Source: Azolla caroliniana (taxonomy: Eukaryota > Plantae > Polypodiophyta). Taken from it: 64,000 nucleotides of DNA. Both the position numbers and the translations under genes were made by a program. The notes beneath the pieces were generated by a model, which was given only the letters and a program-made list of their open reading frames with translations, had not been told where the DNA came from and searched no databases. The DNA is taken from contig JBHGNT010000001.1 in assembly GCA_043228905.1 (NCBI GenBank), positions 5,270,001 to 5,334,000 of the forward strand, given 5' to 3'. Positions 54,000-64,000 of this stretch are shown here, piece by piece (the stretch's first letter is position 1; each line of letters opens with the position of its first letter).

Positions 54000-55958
54000 T
54001 TAAATAAGAAAAAAGCCAAACTTAGGAACAGTTTCCAATGCCAAATCACGAAGCTCATTCGTATTTGTGTCCAACCCATTCTTCACCTACAGAAAATGGA
54101 GAGGGAATTGTAAGCTGCATACTTGTAAAGATCATGGGACAGATAGTTTTTCATGAATCTCGCAAAGTCACAATTTACCTCAACCACTACAGTGTTTAAC
54201 ATGTAATCATCAAGGGATGTAAGGTTTGCATTCAATATATCAATCTCAAGAGCTTCAAGGGCGCGCGTAAGTTGAACCAAGATCCCCGGAGACTTTTTGC
54301 AATGAATGCGGAAATGGTAAATGTGCTCATCCATCTGACACACATCCAACTGGCACAAAAGAAAACAAACAAAAAAAAATACCTTTGTAGATGTACCATA
54401 CCAATAAATCAAAGTATCATCAGGCACTTTATTTCATTTTAAATTAGGTCAGATCTGTATGTGATCCTTGAGAAGAGAGACATCCAATGATTTTGAACAT
54501 TTTGTTTCATTCCCTATATCAATATGAGACATACCGGTTATAGGGAAAAACTTCAAAGTTATTATTATTTTCCATTATCCTAGCATTTTAGATCTGACAT
54601 GTCAAGAGATCCAATTCATGATAATTCAATAATTCCTATATATTCTCAATGGAAAAAATTTAAGCATTTCATTGAAGATAACGGAAAATGTGTGTATACA
54701 TACAGATATGATTTGATGCTCTTGTTGGGTTTTCTTCTTCTCGGCATCAACGATCTTGTGAACTTTTTGTGTGTTTCCACCGTCCCTCTTGCATTGGAGG
54801 TCAACGATATCGGTTTGTATTTTCTTCACTTGTTCTTGAAGGCCTTGGACATAAGCTATAGCATCCCTCACTATGGAAGCTTTGTCCATCTGGCCATGTG
54901 AATGTGAAATGCATCCAAAACAGAGAAGAAGATTAGACCCAGATGTAGGAAATCACATGATTCAGTGCTCCACGAACAAAATGTGGGCATCATTGATCCC
55001 ACATAATTGGAATTCATACCATGTCCATGTAAAAATATTATGTCAAAAACAAGACCACAAACAAAAGGTCATTACAATTGACACGCAAGCATATGCATGT
55101 GATACTACTGGTAAACCCTAGATCTATGTCAAGAACATAGAAATATAGAACCTTATATATAGAAATTATGAATCCAAGGTCTACAACAAGAACATAGTCA
55201 TCCCCAAAAAATAACAAAAAAACTTAAGGCCATTTTGTGAATCGAAGAAAAAGCTCGACAACTGGTATTTTCTCTCTTTTTTGAGAAAATGTAGGGGCAT
55301 TTCGGGAGATAAATGGAATACTGCAACACTTCCTTACCTTACTAATGTTGGGAACAATGGCTCTGAGGGAATAAAGCCTCTCATTGAGCTTCTTCCTCCG
55401 CTTCCGCTCCGACACAAGGTTCTTGGAAATGGGCTCCTTCCGTTTCCCACTTGTCTGATGCGATCTGCAGCGGTTTTCAACATCGTCCATGACATCGCTC
55501 GTGTCCGAAGACTCGAACTGTCTGAACAAGTCATCCGAAAATGAGCTCACATTAGCCAAAGTGTGATTGTTAGAGTTAGGGTCAAGGTTAATTCTAAGGT
55601 TAGGCTTAGGTTTAGGAGTAGGAATAGGGTAGAAGTTAGACTTGGAGTTAGTGTTAGTGTTAGTGTTAGTGATAATGTTAGTCTTAGTCTTAGACTTAGC
55701 CTTAGGGTTAGAGTTCATTGTTGTGGGCACATTTTTGCAGTTAGTGGCATGAATTGCCTTAGAGTCAGGATTCTTGCTATTATTCTCAGCTGAATCTTGG
55801 TTCCATAGTAGATTCCACAGATCTTCTTCGTCTTCTTTGTCGTAATTGTAGTTGAGATTCTGAGTGAGATGGTTGGGAGGCGAAAGCTCTTCGCATGACA
55901 TGGATGGAGCCAAGATGTCATGCTCATTTGCTTGATGGATTTCTTCTGCAGAAGCCAT
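54000..55958 (-). CDS. Group III bHLH transcription factor (bHLH35/27-FIT-like) with C-terminal ACT-like domain; 354 aa, 4 exons
   Basis: Exons 55958-55338, 54889-54704, 54349-54179, 54086-54000. bHLH 'SKNLVSERKRRKKLNERLYSLRAIVPNISK|MDKASIVRDAIAYVQGLQ' with the typical loop intron. ACT-like 'RIHCKKSPGILVQLTRALEAL...NANLTS'. Confidence 0.92.
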
Positions 55959-56008
55959 GGAAGAAGGATTTGTAGGGCGTGGGGGTGTTTTAAAAACAAA
56001 AAACAAAA

Positions 56009-56423
56009 GTCTTCTTCTTCTTCTTCTTCTTCTTCTTCTTCTTCTATTCAAAGGAATCGTGTGTCATGATGAATTATGCTCTTATTTATCGAGGAGAAAG
56101 AAAGGGGGGAATTTTGCTAAGAAGGACGAAAGTGAAAAGAAAGACAGTAAACAAGAAAAGAAGAAGAAGACTTGGATCAAAGAGGAACAGCAGGGGAAGA
56201 AGATTCAGAACAGAGGAACCAGTGTTTGAGCTATTAATTGATTTCTATTCATTTTATTTTTTTACCCTTTTTCTGATTTTTACAATTTAAATGGATGAAG
56301 TACATTTATATCATGGGACTCTGTAATAAATTATCTACACTAATAAATAAATAAATAAAATATTGTATTATTATATAATAATAATTTAGAAAAGCAAATA
56401 TATACATACAATACAAGAAAAGC

Positions 56424-56465
<42 letters not shown>

Positions 56466-56641
56466 GTAATACAATACAATACTAGCCATGGGATTGGTGG
56501 TAGTATTACATAGTTGGTCATTGAGAGCTTCTGTTTTTGTTATTTATTGTAATTAGCTTACCCTAGCGGTAACTTACTAAGTCTCAGGTTTGAGACCGAA
56601 TTTTCTCACCTCTCATCTATATGGTCAGGCACTCATGGGAA

Positions 56642-56678
<37 letters not shown>
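56009..56678. repeat. Microsatellite cluster upstream of the bHLH gene: (CTT)n 56009-56044, (AAT)n ~56425-56465, (CT)n ~56643-56678
   Basis: Directly visible simple repeats. Confidence 0.9.
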
Positions 56679-56683
<5 letters not shown>

Positions 56684-59600
56684 AGAGCCCACATATTGTA
56701 TTGTATATTGTGGTCCCGAAGGTCATAAACATAGCTCATGAAAGCCTTATAAAGGGTCTTGTGTTGCTTTCTCACGATCTTCGGAATTGTTTCATGCATG
56801 ACAAAAGAGAACTACTATTGGAAAGTTTCTTATAAAATGAAGTTCTAAAGGGAAACACAAATAGGACACAAGAAAGGAGCCTGAGTGAAGTGTTTCCTCT
56901 ATTAATTGATTGAGTTCTCCCTTTGTAAGTATTTCAATGGGTTGACAAGTTGTAACATTTGATCACCGAACGGAGATAGATGTTTCCTTGACCTTTGAGT
57001 ACAAAGTAAAAGATACCTATTTAATGAGGTGGAGGCTCATATGGATTACAAATAAATGGGAACTTGAGCTCCTTCGTAAACATAAGCAATTTAATGAAGT
57101 GTGATATAACAAGGGCATCTAGTACATTTGAGAGCACCATGTGTCGGGCAATATAAATTTTTTCTATTTTGACGATCAAGTTCCCTTTTCATGCATAGGA
57201 ATACTACAAAAGTAATAAGTAATAACTTCCGGAATTTTGTTCCTAAACATTGTTGCTTGGCTACTTATGGTCTCTCTTGAGTCTTGACGCTCACTTAGAA
57301 AAGTAGAAAGTTTGGTAATGGAGTATGTATATACAACGTCTTAGTTAAACTAGAAAGTTTTGTTGATTACAAGGTAGACTTCACACTAAATGTCGAGAAG
57401 CATATGTAAATATAGACGTGATTCTCAACAAAAAAAGGCTTTCTAGTTGTCTTATCACTAGCTGACACACACTCATATTGATTAATATAGAGATCTATTT
57501 TTATGGTAAGACAATCATGTGCACCATAGTTGGGGAGTGAGTTCTTTTTGAAGTAAAAGAATCCACCATTGTATTGTTGATGGCAAGAGAGCTTCATTTG
57601 GAGGTTTTATCTTTTAATGTATATGTACATTTTTACATATATGTATTTAATGTTTTTACGATTGTTTGTTGGCATCATGTGTTGCAAGAAACATAAATTT
57701 TGTCAACACAATGTGACAAGTAATGGGAAGTTTGTTTCAATATATATATATATATATATATATGCATGGTAGGAGAAGTAAAGGTATTTATGCCTAGACA
57801 TAGATGCATATCATGACATTGCTATAAACACACATGCACTTTTCTATGAAAGGGTGAGGGGAGCTTGAGGTCGAGAAGAAAAGGCAGAGCCTATCATTTT
57901 GTCAATGTACGTTATCTATGAGCAAGTGAGGAGAGCTCGAGATCAAGAAGAAAAGGACATTGTTTTAGAGCTTGTCACTGTGTTGACACACCTTTTTTCT
58001 ATCACCTATCGTGATACTTTGGAAAATGGCACGAGTTATTCTTTGGAAGTTTCCTTGCACTAAATAGGAAAACATGTATGTGCTTGCAAGATCACATGTA
58101 TCTCAATTGGCACAACTCGTTCTCTATCACGAAATAAATACTCTCCAAGCAGATCTCACATGTACTACTTACTAGCTTATAAGCTGATTTCAATATGTTC
58201 TCGTGTCTAGTTTCAACGATGTGATTGCAAACACCAATTTCCTTGTGTGATGGGAATTTGCATTATTTGAGGACACAATAGGCATAATGATTTGCATATT
58301 AAATTCTCGCACATAGCACTGGTAGTCCATCAACTAATAAATACACAGCTTGCCAGTCTAAAATTTCAACAAGTGGCTCATTCCCACATTCTCCAAGTTA
58401 CCCATACAATAAAAAATCAATTGATAGTTTTTTTGCTCACTCACCAAAAAAAGGATTTATCCACACTCACCAAGTGACCTAATGTTAAATCCTTGTCTTT
58501 GCATGAAACCTTATAGTTTGTGCTAGTATCCATTTCTTTGTCATGTATCCTATAGAATAGAGATGCAAACACATCTATCCACAATATTCAATTTGGGCCC
58601 CTACAGGCTACAACCATTGATGGTGAAGAAATGTAAACAACTACAATGTCTTAGTAATGGTGCCCAAGAGACTATAAATATGTTTTAATCCAAATTGGTG
58701 TGCCATCACTACTAACTACTTGACTATAGATTAAAAGGATAGTTAATCGTCAAGTTTGTTTACTAGAAACATTAGAAACAATCTCTAAATATATCCAATA
58801 GATGAGTGTTGAATGTGGAAACAAAGACCTTTCTACTTGCAAATCAATTCCTCATCTACGAGATTTGGATTTCCATATGTCCAACGAAACAATGGCATCA
58901 AAGCCCACATTATTGTATGAATAAACAAATACATCAAGAGCATGTGGTTCCATTGCCCATTCTAATGTTTTTTTGTGTTTAAGCGTTATGTAAATGGCCA
59001 CGCAAATATTGCAACAAATTACACAACAAACTGCCCTCTATCTATTGATGCTAGGAAGAGAATTGGAGACATGAATGCAAGAATTCATGGAACAAGCAAT
59101 TCCACATTATATCACATTACATGTGATAAGAACATTTGCCTTAATACCTAAACTCACCCTTTAAAAACGGAACATAGTTAAATCACAATTATAGCTTGAA
59201 TGATGTGAATCGAAGTGTGGACGCCATTATGAAATTGGCGAATCTACCACGTGAGTTCGACAAAAGGGTTTAGGGTATTTTTATACACTTCCTCAACACA
59301 TGTTTCATGTTGAATAGAAAACAACAATTTTGACCAAAAAAGTAGGGGATGAGCACACAGGACATAACAGATTTACATATAGTATGTAGTTAGTTCCCAT
59401 CGATAACATCATTAAAAAGGTGTACGTTGTTGCGCTTCTCTACCCAATAAAGAAAATATGGTATTTTAAGGCGTCAAAATGAAGATTTCCAAAAGGTAAA
59501 TGAGAAGATAAAATAGTAGGGTTTATATTATGCTTTCTTTTAGTTTACTAGATTTCCATTCTCCCTATTGCATTCATTCTTGGCTTCAATTGTGAAAGCC

Positions 59601-62216
59601 GTTTATGATATAGTTCTAAGAACTTTGTAAACTCCTCTATGTGTTTTGATTGGCATGGTCAATAAAAATTAGGATAGCTTGAAAATATCCCCAAAAGATG
59701 CCATATTATATAGTCTCTTAATATCCTCCCATGTATTTCTTTTTTCCTTCTTTCTCTCCCTATCCTTTTTTAAGAAAACATATAACCTAATTGCAACACA
59801 AAGTTGAGAAGCTTAATACCTCACTTAAAAAAAGACATAAGAGTCAAGACATGATGAATATGACGAACATAAAACCAGATTGGTTTGGAAAATTAGCATT
59901 CAACATAGTCTTTTGTAGGTAGCCCAAAAAGGGACATGCATTAATATCCCAAAATGAGCTACCTAAAGTGTGTGATGTTTATTCCTCTTCGGTCAAATTT
60001 GATTCATTGAGTCTTAAGTCGAATCTAATTCAGTATCTCCAATATCTCCAAAACATTAGGCAAATATGGCAGTGACTTTTCGCATGCTTACAAGTTTCCA
60101 TGTTGATAGAGACAAAGAGGGAAAGGGAAGAAAGAAAGATATATTAACATCTAAAATGAAGTGGTTTGACAAAATTACAACTCAACAACCTCTTTTCGAG
60201 AAGAAGCATTTTGAGAGAGAGAATAAAAAAAAGAAATAAATTGATTGAAAATTTATTTTATTATTGTTTTCGATTTTTTGAGGATGCAATGAACTTCTAC
60301 CCGAAAATATACATAGTACTACGCACTTGGAATTCAATGCATGAATGCCGAAAACTTATTTTGGCAAAAATGACTACCAAAGAAGAACTAAGTATTTCAA
60401 CAAGCAAAAGAATATAACATCATCCATGTCTTAATACTTTAGAGCATAGTATGAACCATACGTACCATACGTGCATTCGCATTTGCGTAAGAAAAACACC
60501 CTCAAAGAATGATAAATACCATACTTTTGGATTGACAATTTATTATGAGGTAAATAAGCCTAAAAAATGGAAAAAAAAACATTAAAAAAATGAGGAAAAA
60601 ACAAAAAAAAACACAAGAATGTTTGACTAACATTCGCAATCGTTTTCCAATGTAGGAAAACGAATGTTATGCTAGACGAACATGAATTTTACGTACTATG
60701 CTTTAGAGTAAGTATTATGAGGAGTCAAAGAACATACTCACAGTTTATATTCTTGTATTATGGTTGATTGCAATTTTAAAGTGTATGGGAGACTTCCATG
60801 ATCATAACTTATGGCCATCTTACATGCAAAGGTTATTTTAGCTAATGCACAATCGTGAAAATTGAAGTGAGTGGATGCATCTTTCCTTTATGTCTCAAAA
60901 ATGAAGTTTTCCATTGTTGATCACTCCTAAATTCTTAGCTCAAAGGATTATTCATAAAAGAATTGTCCAAGCATTAATAAAGTATTTTTGGAAAAAAGAA
61001 GCATCAATAAAGTATATACATGTTCCTAATATCTTGATCATTCCAATATTAGCACTCAATCACTATGTTATTTTCCACAACAAAAAACTTTTGAATTGAA
61101 TATGTAAGAAAATGTTATGATTAAAGTTGTATTTTAAGACACTATGTGACAAAAGGAGGTGCTTTAGAACTTGTGGACTTAGGGTTTCGTGCCCCTTAAA
61201 CTTAGGTGGCACACTAAAACAAGAGGAGCTTTGGATCAAGGTTGGATATCCATCTCTATGTTATGATATCCCTCTCGTTGTTAAGGGGCACTAAGGTAGT
61301 GCCCATTAAAGTTATGAGGTACGATATATTGTAGTGATGTGCTTCGAATCATGGTTGGAGGCCCCTTGTTGGACTATAATGTTCCTTCCAACTAAAAAGC
61401 AATGTTTCTAAAAGTTTTTTTTATCCTTTTATCTTTTTTTTGAGGGGGGGTGGGGAGATTCTATAATGGAATGACAAGCATCATATCTTGATCCAATAAC
61501 CTTCCTCCAATTCTATTGTCTCTCTTTAATTAAGAAGAACCAACTTAGTTTCCCTCAAATGTCTCTTACAATGTTATCAATTTAAACTGCAATACACATA
61601 TCATAAAAGTTAGACTGGCTAGAGGCAATATTGATAAAAGAAACCAAAACCAATAAATTAAAACAATATGTAGCAAGTTGGATTAAGGCACCAAAGATAT
61701 TAACTACGACGCAAATGCAAGATATAAGCGAAACGGATTTCGGAGAGACCACTAGGTTTTATTAGCCTACATAGAACTAAGCAGTCCAAAAATGAAATCA
61801 AAAGTTTCTTAATGGGGTATATGTCTTTGGTGAGTATGATGAGGATAAGCGATATACCCATTTTTGCAAATGTTTGAAATCTATCCTTCATGAATAGATA
61901 ATGTACATGGTCCATTTATGGGATTAACATGATCCATAAACACATTCGCGTTCACAAGTGGAAGGATTGCGCATTCCACTTATAGATTCCTTTTATAATC
62001 TTGCGATTTTAGGCGATTTTCTGAAACTTGATACACCAGTACCACATGTTTTAAATAGCATGTAAAAATTTGTTATTTTTTTGAGATCTAACAAGTTTCA
62101 AAATGATAATTTTTAAAATTGAATAGTTTTTTAATAAATGTTTAAATGTTGATGGTTTGTAGATATGAAATGTAGTTAACTTAAAGAAAATCACAATGGT
62201 TAACTTAAATCACAAG

Positions 62217-64000
62217 TTTTTTTTTTTTTTTTCCAAAATAAAGCTACTTTCCCATTAGTTAGGAAGGATTATTACAAGGAGACTATACAAGGAAGCTTAT
62301 ACACAAAACGGGGAATCTCCCTCAGATCAAGATCAAGAAAATGAGACTACTTACATAGTTTTTCAAACCGACTACCTAAAGTAAGTAGATACCTATACCT
62401 AAAAGCAGTGGCCTTTAGTGTCGGCCAGAATGAGTCGACTCCCGAGGCCTACATCGAAGGGGGGAGGTGTGAAAGAAGGAAACAACCATCGTGGGGGCTG
62501 GTAGTTCCACCTCGGTCCACTTTCTCCTAGCGTCACCATAGGCGTGTTCCGCCATTTCTGCCAAAAGCGCAACCGGGTAGTGGCCACGTCATTGGAGTGG
62601 TTGCAAACCTAATCTAATTGCCCTCGTAGGTAGCTGATAAGCGCGAACCAGATATCCATGATCACTTCCACTGGGGGTTGTACCCGATCTTGGAAAACCT
62701 TTAAGCATCGTGCTTTCCAGACATACCATAAGGTGAAGCCCGCGATGAACCTCCAAATTTCCAGGAACCTAAGGGATGTGGACAACAAGTCTCTCTTGAA
62801 GCGGATCTTGCCGATTTGGCCTCCCGTGCATACATAGCACCAAGTATCCTCATTAAAGGCGTCCGTCCACCTATCAGTCGAGGGGTCAATCCATGCCGCA
62901 ACACTTCACGAGGCTGTTCCAACCACTTCACATGCCGCTAGGAGGCGAGTGACTCTGTCCCATACCTTTTGAGCTTGAGGGCAATCCCAAAGACAGTGTC
63001 TCAGAGACTCAATGGGTGAAGAGCAAAGTGGGCATCCTATCGGGCCGCCCCTTTTACCAAGCCATTCCCCAACAGGAATCACATTGTGACCAATCTGCCA
63101 CCAAAAGAGCTTGATTTTTTCATGCATGTGGAGACGCCAAAGACCCTTCCAAAAGGTAATGAGCACCTCGTCAGGGATGCCCAATGTTCACCATCCATTA
63201 CGAATGGGACCAACGAGCTGCAATTGTAAAGTCCGCCCCAATTTAGTGCTATATTCAAAGAAGTGGCAGAGTTTGTCACCATGTTTCCACCTGAAATCCC
63301 ATGGGTCCCATTCTAGTTCAACGAGGGGACGAGAACCATATACCCATAACTTCCAATGGGGTTCCACCTTAGTAACATCTGGGTCTGTCTTCCAAATGTT
63401 ATCAACCTCCGCCACCATTCGAACCGGAAGCCAAGTGCCCCTACTTTGCCTCTCCCCCAAAAATGTATCTCTTCCCAATCGACTCACACCCTTCACCAAC
63501 TTAACCATTCCAGCCTCATCAAAGAGACCGAACCATGCATCTTCTTGCATAGTCCCCAACGGAACTCTATCAACTGCCTTAGCTATCAGGCTCCGCATCT
63601 TCATAGCTCCCTTGAGGGGAGGGAATGGGTCCTCCTGGGCTCCCCTTGGAGAAACCATGCGTCTCCAATCGTCTATAGAGTGAAGCCCTGTCTGCACCAA
63701 CTTTCCCCATGCCAGGCCCTTAAGCTACCCTAACATCATGTCATCGCTTGTTCGCACCTGAGGATTCCAAAATAAGGGTTGTCTAGCCCATTCGATGAGT
63801 GTCTCTGGGGTGTGCTTGACCAAATGTTGTCACACATGACACCACGCCCGCAAGATGGAGTTTGTTACCCTGTCCTCCTGTTGACAAGCCATCTTGGGTG
63901 GGACTCCACTCGTGCAACACCAGTTCAAGGAGATAGGCCAAGGCCTACCATACTTGGGAGTCCCTGCTTGTAACCTATTGTGAAGTAGTACCTTCCAACA
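62217..64000 (-). mobile_element. 3' end of an L1-type LINE (zf-RVT region, 3'UTR, poly(A) tail); continues beyond the window
   Basis: T-run at 62217-62232 is the poly(A) on the - strand. Abrupt rise in GC. zf-RVT 'WKGLWRLHMHEKIKLFWWQIGHNVIPVGEWL...CPLCSSPIESLRHCLWDCPQAQKVW'. The ORF is broken by stops and frameshifts. Confidence 0.9.

Noticed and set aside
55959-56051. Poly-Arg N-terminal extension of the bHLH ORF (MNRRRRRR...)
   Set aside because: It starts at TTG and is just the translation of a (GAA)n 5'UTR microsatellite. The ATG at 55958 is preferred.

Overview
Eukaryotic, intron-rich, AT-rich land-plant nuclear DNA. The style of the PLS-class PPR gene suggests a fern or other non-seed plant (inference only). 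Eight protein-coding genes can be assembled by hand: a LEA_2/NDR1-HIN1-like gene (partial), a double-PZP (PHD/zf-HC5HC2H) chromatin reader of the At1g77800 type, POT1, a PLS-E PPR gene, an acylphosphatase, a UIEF/UAP56-interacting-like export factor, a group III bHLH-ACT factor, and an unusual 10-exon gene at 42303-52015. That gene encodes a 485-aa type I membrane protein: signal peptide, ANF-receptor/Venus-flytrap domain, one TM helix and a ~16-aa tail. It has no GLR channel and no 7TM, kinase or cyclase domain, and is the most interesting item in the window. Also present are an intronic 18S rDNA fragment, RTE- and L1-type LINE remnants, an internally deleted Copia element, tRNA-derived SINE-like heads, several tandem duplications and microsatellites. 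All exon coordinates were read by eye from GT-AG sites and frame continuity, and homologies are from recalled motifs, not database searches.
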